A stretch of 62,838 bases of DNA, counting the filler, from Sphacelaria rigidula (Eukaryota): NCBI GenBank assembly GCA_964200075.2. It is 9 parts of 9 records of this genome, joined end to end, with 100 filler letters (N's around TTAATTAATTAA, not from the genome) between each part and the next. Parts side by side here need not be neighbours in the genome. Positions count along the whole stretch, not along the records: positions 6,995 to 13,888 come from CAXNAA020017545.1; positions 13,989 to 20,882 come from CAXNAA020017546.1; positions 20,983 to 27,875 come from CAXNAA020017547.1; 6 more parts are not named here. The stretch is one strand, 5' to 3'. Within the stretch, counting starts at the first letter, position 1. Every line of letters begins with the position of its first letter. Positions 11,674-24,564 of the stretch are shown here, piece after piece. The position numbers were made by a program, and so were the translations under genes. The notes beneath the pieces are model-generated. The model saw nothing but the letters and a program-made list of their open reading frames with translations, searched no databases and was not told where the DNA came from.

Positions 11674-13235
11674 GGTAGGAAAGACACCAGGCTGACAACG
11701 TACTGTTTCTTCCTGGACGTGCAAAAGGCTTATGACTCAGTCTGGAGAAATGGGCTCTGGAAAACGTTGTGGGAAACTGGGATCAGAGGGAAGATGTGGA
11801 GAATGGTGAGGAAGATGACATAATGTACCGAAAGTGCCATGATGCTAGACGGGGAAATATCGAGATCTTACAAGGAGTTGCACAAGGGTGTACGTTATCA
11901 CCCACTTTGTTCAAGGTTTATATTAATGGCCTGATGTTAGCGATAGAAGCAGCAAATCAAGGAGTCAACGTGGGTGAAGATGTGATGTCAGGTTTGATGT
12001 TCGCGGATGATTTTGTGGGGATTTCAGGAACAGCAGAAGGATTGCAAAAACAGATGGACAAGGCGCTAGAATATGCTAGGAAATGGAGAGTAACGACGAA
12101 CGCTAACAAATGCACGATACTCGTATGTAACGAAAATACGAAAAATCCGGTACAGTTCAAATGGAAGCGGGGAGAAGAGGAATTGCCGATCGTAGACCAG
12201 TATACATACCTTGGCGTGGAGATCTCAAGAAACTATTCTTGGGATGCACACATCAACACAGTGATGGAAGAGGGTAAGGCACAGATAGGAAGGACGGACG
12301 TGGTCCTCAGAGACTCGCATCTAGACACTAGGACTAAGAGATGTATCCTGATGGGCGTGATCGTAACAAAGCTGGAATATGCAGGAGAAGTATGGGAGGG
12401 GAACGCGAAGTTGGCGAAAAAGTTGGAGACAGTACAGATGGCAGCAACTGAAAATATACTGGGGTGCTCGAAAACGACGAGTAAGACAGCATTGAGAGCA
12501 GAGTTGGGAATGTACTACTCACTTACACCAGCCAAAAACATGAGAAGATTGAGATGGCAACATAGTGTAAAGAACATGCAGAAAAAGAGATTGCCAGCTA
12601 TAGTTGACGAGGCTGTATGGAAGAAAAGTACGAAAGGGCAGGCTGGAATAAGGTGATGATCAGAAGTCGAGGGGGTATGGAAAGAGGTGGGAGGAAACCA
12701 GGACCAAATAGTGCCCATAGGTGAAGACGAGGGGTACAAGACAAAAGTGAGGGGCATGATAGAAATAAGGGGAAAAGGAGCGCTCAGACCCAAAGTAGAC
12801 GAGGAAGAACACCTGGAGATATACGGGGGGTTGAGAGAGGGGATCAGAATGAAAACATATCTGCATGGCCCAATGGACGTCGCGAAAAAAGTGAAACTGC
12901 GATTTCGGGTGGGGGACCTGGACCTGCCAGGAAGAAGAAAGATATATACCGGCAGTCGTGTGGAGGAGGAAGCAGATGCACAGAACTGCCCCTGTGGCAA
13001 AGCAATAGAGAGCAGAACTCATGTGGTAACAGAATGTGGACTATACAAGGAGGAACGGGACGTGCTAGAGGGTGAAATGCGGGACGTGAACGAAGGTGGC
13101 ATGAAATCGTTTGATGTATTAGACAGTAGGAAGAAAAAGATGGTTATACTAGGAGATAGATGGTGACCACAGACGGCGAAACAGGACGGGGATAAAATAT
13201 GTAAAAGGTTTTTGTGCGATGTGTGGGGAAAACGC
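11674..13235 (+). mobile_element. 5'-truncated non-LTR retrotransposon (LINE), reverse transcriptase pseudogene
   Basis: FLDVQKAYDSVWRNGLW, QGVAQGCTLSPTLF, MFADDFV, YTYLGVEI, and a C-terminal CPCG..ESRTHVVTEC zinc knuckle. Stops at 11821, 12654 and 13164, plus a frameshift near 11860. Confidence 0.93.
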
Positions 13236-13888
13236 ACTGCTGACTTTGAAGCCAGATGGTACATGCCAATACTGATATCAAGTAACCACACTAGCCCCAA
13301 GGAGATATGATCTATGCTGATGTCAAGCTGAACTTGATCCCACACTACACTTGGGTAAATCAAGCCTGTACTACCTCTACTGGATTCGCCGCGTATATGT
13401 AATTTTACATCAATAGGCAAAGCCTAGAGTTGGATATCAGCAATGTTATTATGGCCCTATGAACGCCCAAAGACCGCGACAGCCCATGCTTGTGGAGTAG
13501 GCGGAATCGAAGCGCATTACTTCAAAGTAGACATCCTGATGATAGCTGGCGGGGAGCCACAACTTGAAAAGTAAAAAAAACAAAGATTACTTGACAGGAC
13601 GCCGAAGGCTTCGATGTTGGTTCCATGATTTTGTGGCCGAGACGGACGGCGCCTACTTTGCAAATCGCGTTTGCACGCCCGAGTTCTTTGTTATTTCTCT
13701 CCACCGCCACATGTGAAACGTACCTTGTCATAGCGTATCAGTCAGTTCATCACTGCCAAGGAGGGTCGCCAAACGAATTTCACTCCTCTCCAGTGATGGT
13801 TTGCGAGGCGGGGGGGGGGGGGGGGATCCTTGATCAGGGTGGCCGTGTTCATGAAGGCAGGGAACACGGAGCCCTGAATGAGAGAGGG

Positions 13889-13988
13889 NNNNNNNNNNNN
13901 NNNNNNNNNNNNNNNNNNNNNNNNNNNNNNNNTTAATTAATTAANNNNNNNNNNNNNNNNNNNNNNNNNNNNNNNNNNNNNNNNNNNN
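13889..13988. other. Artificial contig linker 2
   Basis: N44-TTAATTAATTAA-N44. Confidence 0.98.
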
Positions 13989-15951
13989 AACCAGCGATGG
14001 ATATCCCTAGAAAAAGTGCTGCTTTTTGGTACAAGCGAGAAAGTCATTTTCCAACATATCCGTCCTTCACACGACAGAAGATTACTCACCACTGACGGAC
14101 GTCACGAAGCCGAAACTCTACAGGCAGGTACTACTAGACACCAGCCGTCGTTCAAGCCCTGGCAGACTTGAATTGAGTACCGAAACAGTGCAATATCTGA
14201 AGTAGATGATCTTCACTTCACCCCAGCTTCCCATTTTGTGACAAGGGTGTTGGTCGCCAAGAGGTGGAGGACTGGTAGGTACGCGTTTTTTCTACACAGA
14301 GCAATCGATTTGTGTCGATAGCTGCGGTGTGCGTCGAGATATTGCCATCTCGGTGGCGGGTGTTATAACATGTGAGGTGCGGCGTGAAAACCCATCGGGT
14401 CACATGTGATATCCACATTGAACAGGCAGTAATTTCGCCGCGTCCATTTGGTTTACAGCGTGGGGAATATCTTCTCCCGCAAGCATACATGCAACAATTA
14501 ACACTGCCCGTCAGTGGGAAAGATGTTCCAAACATTTGCTTGTCATTGTCGCTGGGGCGGCGCATGAAGCGTGCCTACGGGATCGCCGCGCAAGGTGTAA
14601 ACGCACACTTGACTGATTGATTGATTGATTATCTCACATTAGCTGCTTGCTACATTCTGGCCCGGGGTCGGGAGCAGCAACAATATAACAGAATAATAAA
14701 AATAGAAGAAAGAAAGAACCAGAAAAAGACAGGAGCAACGGCTTCAGAAAGGAAAGAAAGGGGGCAGCGATAATTTTTTTTTACCACCACCACCAACACC
14801 AAGCAACAAGAACAACAACAAAATAACGACGAACAAACACATACACATACACAAACACAAGCACGAGCAACACACAAATATGATGATCGCGCATTACGTA
14901 GCTGATTGCAACACTCCAGCTCGTGATCAGAGGAAAAAAAATGAAAAAAATGAAAAGAAATGAAAGAAAAGGAACACTCACAGTCTGCCGATTCATTGTG
15001 TCGTCAGTGATACTGTAAGCTGTCGGAAACAAAAGAGAGATACCACGGAAATTGCGTCAGGGTTTGCTTCGAAGCACACGTAGTGATATCGACTGTGCTT
15101 TGTGATGGGGACCGAAATTTGGTGGGCAATAATGAAGGGTTAGGGACGGAAAATGTCATCTGATGTTCCTCCAGCGTGCAGCGCTTGGAACCACTGTTCT
15201 GCGACATGGAGGGTGTATTACGTGTTTCATCTTTATCACGTACCCGCTCCCCCCTCCACCATGACCACAGAACATATGCACATCGGACCCCAGCAATTCG
15301 GTTATCGGATTTCAATGTTGAATGGCATGCAGAAATTGGTGATAGCTATCGGTACGTGAAGGAATGCAGGCATATTAAAAGACAACATGGTCCACATATA
15401 TGAAGATTGTAATAAACCGACTCATCATCGTCAATGAAAACCGTTGTCCTCAATTTTCACGATCGGTTGTTATCACACCAAATATTCGTGGCGGTTCGCC
15501 CGCTGTGCAGAGCGCTATGATCGCCGCCTCACGACTGGAGTCCACGCGCGTGTGGTGGTCGTGTGGCACAGTATCCCATAAGGTTCTCTGCAAAACCACG
15601 TCTTGATAGTCATTTTCGCTTTATTAGTTGTTCGTTCCACTATTATAGTATCACGCATTATCTGAGATACAACCGGCGATTCGCCCAAGGGTGGAGCCGG
15701 ATGACCCGCCGAAGACGTCTGCACACAAGGGCGCACCGCATCAGGCACTCTACAACGTCCCCATCAACCCTACGCACGGGTTACAACTTCCGTCCGCTGA
15801 AGATAACTCCCACGGTTACATATATACCTACGCAACTAATCTGCAAGAAACATGTCTACGACTTTCGATACAGGTGCAATAAAAACGCGAACGCGTTGTC
15901 GTCGTCTTTGCCCGCTTCCGATGCCGAATCCTCTTCCTCTGAGTCGCTACA

Positions 15952-18800
15952 CTAGGAGTCTGAATCTCCAAGCCAAATCCCGGCTGAATGCTTCGATCCG
16001 TCCTCTGGCGGACCATCTAGACCGCCGTCGCAACAACTGCGACTGGTAGGATCTGGTCGCGGATCCGATTTCCCTTCCGCTACCCTCGCCATCCTCTCGC
16101 CATCTCGTCGGCAGCACTCCTCACCACGACTACTATCAACACCTGCCCCCGGGGCCTTCCTCGCTCCATTCGCCTGCCTCCCGCCACGCAACGCCGCTGA
16201 CCCGCCCCTTCCACGGTTCGCCGTGGATCCGCCCCGCCCCTTACGACGTCGGCGGGACGTATCGACATTTCCTTCGGCGGAATCACCTGTAACAGTAGCG
16301 CCAGCCGCTAGGTCAGGGTGTGGCGGCAAAAAGCAGCGCCCCTGGCAACCGCAGCTCAGCGTACAATTCCTCAAAATTCTGCAATCTCGGCACCGGTGGC
16401 GTCTTTGCGCCGCCCTTTCCGGCTTGTACGCGCATCTCAGGGTTCGCACAATCCCGGATGTATCGACATACGTATGGCTTGACAAGTAAACAACTATGTT
16501 GTCCCGTGTAAGCTCCACCGCCCCCCTGCTCGCCGCCTTTCCCCCACCCTTGTGGTGAATTTTTTTTTCTGGTTCAACGCCCCATCCGCGCCCGTTGAAG
16601 TTAACTATGGGCATGCTCATCCCAAAGCCCCCCCCCCAGTATTCCAATACTGCGTCGGCCTTATCCACGTGCTTCTGGCAGGGGTCCAAGTCCGGGCAGC
16701 ACCGGGAAGGCATGTGCCCATGTACTGTGGTGATGCACGGTCGAATCTTGTTCACGAAAGACTCCAGATTCTGCCCGGTCATGGTGAAGAGATGTCCAGG
16801 ATCCGCAGCGACCTGCGCAAATGCGTTTTCGTACCTGAAGAAAAAGGTCGTGGCCAGTAGCTTGACCCCCTCGTCCACCTCCACCCTCACCTTACCCTCG
16901 TCGATCACCACTATCGCTTTCGTGAACAGATTCGGCGTTCTCAGTGCCTTCAGAACGAGTTCCCACATCTTGGGGAAGGGAATCCTGGATACACGCGGTA
17001 GGAAGTCGTAGCCAGCCAATAGGTAGATGAAAACGAACAGCGCCACCTTTACAGGATGCGTCAGCCAATCATACAGTCCACCCGCTGGAGTGCGTGTTCA
17101 ATAGGCTGACCAGTCTTGATCTTGGCGGTGAGGCGGGAGACAGAACGCTCCAACTCTCGTACCCTCGTACGCATGTTGCGAAGTTCAACGTCGGCCGCAA
17201 TGGCTACTTCGGGCGCTACCACCGAAGAAACGAGATAGATGAATTTGCATCGCCCATCGCATACAGCCGCATCGACCCCGCTTCTCTTCTCAAACTTGGC
17301 GTCGACTGCGCCGTCCGCGGCCACTTCATCGACAATTCTCAGCGCTTGCTCCCTGGTGCGCTTGTCTAGAACAGCCCGGGCGTTCACTGCGGTTCTGGCT
17401 ACGGTCAGCCAGGATTGAACACCCCCCACTCCCACTAAACCCCCCTCCTCAACGGTCGCAATCACTTTTTTTCGTACCTCTGCAACAAAGTCCGGCTCGG
17501 CAGGGGTAGGGGGGGGTGTTTAACCGACAGTCACGGGTGTGCAGCTAACCGGAGGGAGGGAATTTGCCTTCCGCCTAGTGCTCGTTATCCTGTGTCGATC
17601 CATGGAGCGCCACAAACAACCATGCCGGCCACACAAGCAATCTGAAGTCGGTTGATAGTTTTTCACAAGCGCAGCCGGGCGTACACTGTCATCATCCGCA
17701 CACGACTCCAGAAATTGCCGAGTCTCCGTGATTCGCGCCGCGCCAAGATGACGGCAGATATTGCCTTCCCCGGGCCCTGGTCGATGGCATGCGAAGAACA
17801 GTCGCGATGCCGGGTCGTGTACCTGACCGTAAGAAGAGCACGTGTTGCATTCCTCGTCGAAGACGGAGAAATGCATGCCACACACATCACGATTGTAAAC
17901 CGGCTGACGCTCGTTCCTCCTCCTCATTTCACTAACCGGGGTAGGCCCTGCCAGCGCAGCACGCACCCCCCTGCAGCTACCATGATTCCCAGAGAGACCT
18001 TGAAAACTACTGCGTCGCGTCGTCAACCTCTCTCTTTCACCGCACGCGCGATATTCACCACGATCAGTATCGGGGGGTCTTGCCCCGCGGTCGGGATGCG
18101 TCACTAGCTCGCTGGCAGCCCTGCTCGTAGGCGCCGGCGCTACCTGCTCTTGCTCCGAACCCGCGCAAGATGAGCTGCCGATACGTTCAACTCTGCATTG
18201 GTCGCCCCCAGTGGCAGCAGCATATGTCGGCAGCTGCACGAGTTGGTCGCGAGGTGTATGGTGATCCTGGTCGCTTGTTACGATGTCCCGACGGCGTGGA
18301 AATCTCCCCCGGTGAGCCCCGAGTAGGACCTCGTCTTGAGTTGTATGGGGATACGGACATCGGCACTTCCTCGGGAGATTGTATTTCCAGCAGCTGATCC
18401 TCCCTAACGCCGTTTCTGTGCTGCAACGCCGCCTGCTATTGTTCATGCCACGCTCCCCATACGCTGTCAACCTCCGGCTTATTCGTCGCGGTTCTCTTCC
18501 GCCTCGATGCACGTACGCCAGCATGTGGTGGTGTGCCCCTGCCGGAGTTGGGCGGTGTACGTCTCGTCTTGGCCTTGGCCGATGGTGTTGAATTTTGTAC
18601 CTCCGGGGCCCTACCACCGGCAGCTCTCCCGATTTCACGGGGGGTGTTACCCAAATCCTTGAGAGGTACTGTCGGCGGATTCTGTGGTAACACCTCCCGT
18701 ACTGTTTTCTGAGGCCGAGGTGATGGAGACTTCACGAGTCGCGCCTTCCCCGGCCGATCGAAATTTGAAGTTCCTGCCTTCTGCAGTCGGATGGTCATTG
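15952..18800 (-). pseudogene. AcademX-like transposon protein relic: XPG/FEN1-type nuclease plus terminal Cys-rich finger
   Basis: ORF 15952-17046 has FVFIYLLAGYDFLP (H3TH-like), CCPDLDPCQKHVDKADAVLEYW, GRGWGV and LRCAYK..CRDC..NCTLSCGCQGRC. Broken ORFs continue upstream to ~18800. Confidence 0.55.
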
Positions 18801-20755
18801 CACCCCTCCAACCCCTGCTTTTCTACAGATGCGCCATCACTGGACGCGAAGGACGCCTCCAGCGCACTGAACAGCACAGTCGCTGTATCTTTTCAATAGG
18901 AACAGGGGCTCAGCCAGTTTTGCGGTTTGACTCGTTCGCGGGTGTGACCCTCGGCGATGTCCCTCACATTTTCCGCCGGTGCTGCACATTCGGAGTGCGT
19001 CAGGGGAGATCCACTTTTAACCGCGGATGTGGCACGTGTCGGTCGAGATGGAGGCGACAGTGGTGCAGACACTTCATTACCTTCCCGGAATAGACGGGAA
19101 AATGATAGATTGACGCAACGTATCAGTCGTGCAGTCTTATTTGTTTTAGATTGCAAAAGACACCGTCGTGTGAAAAGATGATATCCCGGAACATAGGCAT
19201 CCTCAATGTAGTTAAAATCACAGTCATCAGCGGGAACAAGAGTAAAGTAGTCAGATGAGCTGGGTCTTCAGCACCTCTACTTCGCACGGTAATGGTGCAC
19301 GAGGGGTATCGGGGTGCTCTTACCTCGAGACCGATTGCGGTGCCGTATCCCACGTTCGGTCTAATAGAAATCCTCATGCACCGGGTGCATTGTCGCGGGA
19401 AGTTGTAGGCCTGCCATGGCCAGTTGAGACCAGGTATCATTTATGTAATTAATTCATCCATATTTGCCCACTCACACACACATACTGAAGCCACCACTGA
19501 AAACCACTACTGAAAACCACGACTGAATGAAGTGGGGTAGTCACTCCTGGGGAAAACGCTCATACAAGAAATGACATGTCATAATCCCATCTCTTCGCCA
19601 CGCAAGAAAGCGTGTGCCGCCTCAGCAGATATGTACTGCAAGTACCACATCGGGTATACCTCAAATGACAGGACTAGTCTCTTATTCGTACTTCCCCTGT
19701 ATGTCATGATCTAATCTTGATATCTATTTCCTTGCATCCAGGCGATGTACAGCTACAATCCTTGAGCGGAAGTATAATCGATTAGCCTCCCTGCTTACGG
19801 CTCTAGGACTGATAATTTATCCTGAATACAGAGTGCCTCTTTCTGAAAACGGGAAAATATTTCATGTTCTTTCGGACATGAATCCAACACTATATTATCA
19901 AGAACTGAAAAAGAAAACCCGATCCCGTCAGGAAAAAACCTTTCCAGCCACGCACAGACGTCGCAAACTCGTCTAATTTAGCAATCGAAAGCTCAAATCC
20001 TGAATCTAATCACTCCTTCATGCTCGAATACAAAAATATATAGATTTCCCATCTGTCCCAACATAAGAACACAAGAGCTGCTCCTGTTTGTACCACTCTG
20101 TATCCTAGAAAAACAACATTCGCCTCCCTGATGTCGACCATCTATCAACTGCCTAGAACAGTTGATATAACCCACATCAGTGAAAACTTGCAAGCTTGGA
20201 TCCTTTTAATGTCAGAACACGAAAAAAAAACTTTCGAACCTCGTTCACTTCATAGACCCTGGAATACCCAGAGAAACATTATGTACCAGTACACTCGTGT
20301 ATTTCACAACAACTTGTACTGCTTATATCCTATCAGGGAGACACTCGGAACATAAAACGAAACTCGGTAAGCACTAAAAGTGCTGTAAACCAAAATTAGC
20401 GATTGATCAGTCCACATCATTCCGAATTACTGATCTTTGATGCAAATTTCGCTCGTCATCCGGCCCGATAAATTCCCGAAATCGTCAAACTCATCGTCCT
20501 ACTCTTAGAATATTTTCTCTTTCACAAAATAATCAATCCCTGTATACCAGAGTCCAAGTGCATGCAAAGAAATCGAGCAAAACGTTACTCCTGCATAAAC
20601 AGTACACACGCGGCCATTCGGCTACCCCCTTAAAATCCTCTATGACGATTTTCATCCTCTCGAGACTAAAGTGACCCTCGGGAGGCTAAAAATATCCTCT
20701 AGAGGGTATTTCATTCTCGGTTCCGGTCATGAAACGAATCCTCTGGAGGGCATCT

Positions 20756-20882
20756 AACAGCCGATTTTATTTTTTGGGGTTCAACAATAAAATGGGGTTG
20801 AACCTATTTGGGGAGTTTCGACAAATCGCCCGAAACAGTTCGGTGAGGGAACGCGGTTTCGCTTTTCCTCGGGTGCCAACTA
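20756..20882 (+). repeat. Probable terminus of a repeated DNA element beginning AACAGCCGATTT
   Basis: The same sequence occurs at 55757-55846 (+) and 27976-28002 (-), each time at a contig end. Confidence 0.7.
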
Positions 20883-20982
20883 NNNNNNNNNNNNNNNNNN
20901 NNNNNNNNNNNNNNNNNNNNNNNNNNTTAATTAATTAANNNNNNNNNNNNNNNNNNNNNNNNNNNNNNNNNNNNNNNNNNNN
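20883..20982. other. Artificial contig linker 3
   Basis: N44-TTAATTAATTAA-N44. Confidence 0.98.
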
Positions 20983-21275
20983 TCGAAAGGTATGCGTTGT
21001 ATTTTGTCAAACGACTAAGGCAAAAAATTAATGTTTTCGCCCCCCCCTCCCCCCCCCCCCGCCGCCGCGAGGTCAGTGGTCTTATGACTATGGCATGCAT
21101 GATCATCAGCACCCCCCCCCCCCCACCGCAAGGTCAATAGTCTCATGATTACGGGATGCAAGATCATGAGTTCACCCCCCCGCGCGCGCCCCCCATCAAT
21201 ACAAATACACCATACTTTCATTACTTTACCACGACCTTCCACCCAACACGCACATATTATATATTCAACGTCTCA

Positions 21276-21425
21276 TCACGCGCCCGTGATCTCTCTATCT
21301 CCAGCTTGCTCCGGCTCGGGCGTCGGCGCCGCCTTGCTGCCTCTGGCTTTGTCCGTGCTACTTCCTTCGTCCACTTCGTCTTCGTCCTCCTCGTCATCAT
21401 CAGTTGAGCCACCCTTCAGCATTGG
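21276..21425 (-). CDS. Unknown protein, terminal exon (acidic tail)
   Basis: AAG|PMLKGGSTDDDEEDEDEVDEG...EITGA*, phase 0, consistent with the preceding exon. Confidence 0.65.
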   Translation of the reverse strand, partial: PMLKGGSTDDDEEDEDEVDEGSSTDKARGSKAAPTPEPEQAGDREITGA

Positions 21426-22144
21426 CTTTTTTTTCACGAATATATACATATATGTATATATATATATATTTTCAGATCGCGACAAAATTAATAAATGAAA
21501 ATTGTGTGTGTATATATATAAGAACACGAAAAAGGACGCACAGGACGGACACACGCGAAAAAAGAAAAAACGAAGTGAAGAAATAAAGCATTGAAATGAA
21601 CACACAGCTTTATATTTAAAAAAACACACACACATGAGAAGTACCAAGAGTGTGTTGGGGAGGATGGTCCGATCTCCAAACTCTACCCAAATATTAGGTA
21701 GAGTTAGGTACGATCTCAATACCCTTCCCAATGTCTGGGTATTGTTCAGTGCGGCCTCAATATCTACACAAGCTTTGGGTACTTTGAGATGCAGGAGATA
21801 CCCTAAACCACACCCTTCCGTCGGTATACCCTATAGAGCACAACCTTGACTTCAGTTCTCCACTGGAAAGTGTAACACATCTCAACGCTGAGCACAAGTC
21901 TATCTTATTTTCCTATTTCTTCGTTACACAGAGAACACCACACGAAACAACACGCCGTGTAATTCGTCATCTGCCGGACAGAACAAAACACACACATTGT
22001 TTTTTTATTATAATAAATTGTCGCACTTGAACTTACCTCTTAGGGATCCAGCCGTGCTCACATGTGAAAACAAAATGGACACACTCGTTGAAGAAAATTG
22101 CAAGAAAAAAACACAAAAGTTAAAACAGACAGAGTTAGACTTGA

Positions 22145-22262
22145 CCCTTTTGGAACCCGTGGACGATTTGTGCTTTTGTAAATCGGCATCATTTTCATTC
22201 ATTTTTCAAGTCAAAATGATGGCGATTTACAAGAACAAAAATCGTCAATGGGTTCCCAAAGG
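22145..22262. mobile_element. piggyBac-type hairpin MITE
   Basis: CCCTTTTGGAACCC...GGGTTCCCAAAGG, almost entirely self-complementary, flanked by degenerate TTAA (TTGA/TTCA). Confidence 0.7.
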
Positions 22263-22472
22263 TTCAAGAGAAGAGAAGAGAAGAGAAGAGAAAAAAAAGG
22301 GAAGAAAAAAAACAAGAAAAAAAACAAGAAAAAATAGCAAGCGAACACATACGCACCCCAAAACTACAGGAAACAGAGATCAACAAAACAGCGAACACCC
22401 GCCACAACACCCAGGAACCAAGTTGGACAATGACGTCTTGATTTCTGTACAGTCGACAAAGATTGACGTCAC

Positions 22473-22539
22473 CTCCAGGAAAAAATGGCGCAAGTCGTTC
22501 ACGATCACGTTCTTCTCGCGCTCCTCCGTCGCTTTCCAC
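22473..22539 (-). CDS. Unknown protein, internal exon
   Basis: CAG|gWKATEEREKNVIVNDLRHFFLE|GTGACG, 67 nt, phases match both neighbours. Confidence 0.75.
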
Positions 22540-22698
22540 CTGGTTTGGTCATTATCCAAGTCGACCGGACAGCATCGTTGCACACCTCAAAAAAGCCAAG
22601 CATCGAAGTAGGCCCATCAGTATCATCAAGTCAAGATTAGTAATCAAACCAACGTTGTCTTCATGGACACGCAAAGAGCCAAAAACACAACCTTTTAA

Positions 22699-22816
22699 CC
22701 CTTTTGGAACCCATTGACGATTTTCGTTTTTGTGAATCGGCATCATCTTGACTTGAAAATGAATGAAAATGACGCCGATTCACAAAAGACAAAAATCGTC
22801 AGTGGATTTTTCAAGG
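22699..22816. mobile_element. piggyBac-type hairpin MITE, second copy in opposite orientation
   Basis: TTAA|CCCTTTTGGAACCC start. Its loop is the reverse complement of the loop in the 22145 copy. Confidence 0.7.
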
Positions 22817-23269
22817 ATCCAAGAATGTCAACAAGCCCAAACGCTTAGAAAATGGAACAGGAAACACGACACACACACATGGTAAGCAGCACTCGGGACG
22901 ATGGGTGCGGCCTATTTCACCCAGGACAGAGAGCGTGTAGGGTTAGGCTTCTCGCTCGGTGTAGGGTATATTGGGAGCGCGTGGGGACGCGACATGGTGT
23001 TGGAGACGGTAAGCCTTGCAGAGCAGAGCTTGGGACAACAAGGAAGGAACTAATTCGCTTGGGGATGTAGCATGGTGCACCATCTTGAGCTAAAAGTACG
23101 ATCATAGCCCGAACTGGGGGTTGGAGGATGACAGTCCCGAGTCATAAGCAATCGGATCGGGGATGTCGCGATACGGTACGGGGGGGAACGTACTTATTTG
23201 TTGCTTGCCTTCGTCGTTTGACAATTGACTACGCACCCCTTGCGAGACGGAGCACCGTTCCTACTCCTG

Positions 23270-23470
23270 GTAGAGACACCTTCAACATTTTGACGCTCAT
23301 TACGTTTCTTCCATACATCACACGAAAACCTTTATATATCTTATCTCCTTCCTCTTTCGCCATCTCTGGCTACCATCTATCTCCTCGTGCAGCCATCGTC
23401 ATCTCGTTGTCCAATGTACCAAACGATTTCCGCTTACCATTTCCCTTCCAGCACGTCCCGTTCCGCCTTC
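23270..23470 (-). mobile_element. 3' fragment of the same LINE family
   Basis: Reverse complement resembles 13050-13240 (GGAACGGGACGTGCT..GGAGATAGATGG..GATA). Confidence 0.6.
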
Positions 23471-23800
23471 TATCCTACGGTAGGGGATGCACATTCGGGC
23501 GAATATCTTTTATATTCAAGGTCTCCCAAAATTAGGAGTTAACCGAGAATATGGGTCAGGACATCCTCATTTTGCCTCATTTTGACAATCCATTAGGGAT
23601 ATTCCTACGAGCTGGGCCAGCCAACAGTGGGTAGTATTGTCGCTCAGGCGACGCACTGCGTAAAATTAGGAGTTGGACGCTGAAAATTTTACAGCAGCTT
23701 ATTATGATCGACATGCAGAACATCACGAGCGCAGCATAGAAAAAAAGAAGACAATAAAAAGTTGTGGGGATTCGAATCGGGCGGGGCATCGCACTTCTCG

Positions 23801-23890
23801 TGTGACACAGACGCGCCACTATAATTCAAGTGATGAGAGACTCCAATTATGGGGGTCATGAGTTCGAATCCCGACAGAGTATCTTTTTTT
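23801..23890 (+). repeat. tRNA-like (B-box) dispersed repeat
   Basis: The 22-mer GGTCATGAGTTCGAATCCCGAC at 23854-23875 is identical to 59020-59041, with similar upstream sequence. Confidence 0.6.
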
Positions 23891-24097
23891 CGCCCGTCGT
23901 TAAGGTCATAGATGGAGCACGCCGGGTTTTCGCCGCATCACGCTCGCAACCAATCAGCGGAGAGGAAATGAGCATATGCGAAAAGGTTCCGTTATATTTG
24001 CATAAGAAAATGACGTCTTCGGCAACAACCAGAGAGTACTGCACTACTCATTGTTGTAAGCAAGTACGCCTTGGTGTGTAGTCTAGTGTAGTCTAGT

Positions 24098-24183
<86 letters not shown>

Positions 24184-24200
24184 TGTAGTAGTTGTAGTAG
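24098..24200. repeat. (TAG)n microsatellite
   Basis: Direct reading. Confidence 0.95.
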
Positions 24201-24493
24201 TGACAGTGGCAGTGGCAGCGACAGTGATGGTGATAGTGATCGTGGTAGCGGTAGCTGTAGCGGTGAAGTAGTGTAGTCATACTGTGCTCAGCACCGCTCA
24301 AAACGTGACCCAACCAATGAATATCGACGAACAACAACCAAAAAGGATGAGTAAACACACACAGCACACACCTTACGTACGGTCTAACACCCACAACAAT
24401 TGCGGGGTGTTCCATCCTCAATAAACCTCTTCCACATATATTTATTATCCATATTCATTAAGAACCATTTGTACATTAAAACTATATCCTTAC

Positions 24494-24564
24494 ATGCGCC
24501 GGAACCCTTCGACCTTTTGCTCCCGGCTGATCTGCCTGAAGAACGCCATCCAAGTGTCAACCGG
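24494..24564 (-). CDS. Unknown protein, internal exon
   Basis: CAG|PVDTWMAFFRQISREQKVEGFRR-at|GTAAGG, 71 nt. AT plus G forms Met across the junction. Confidence 0.75.
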
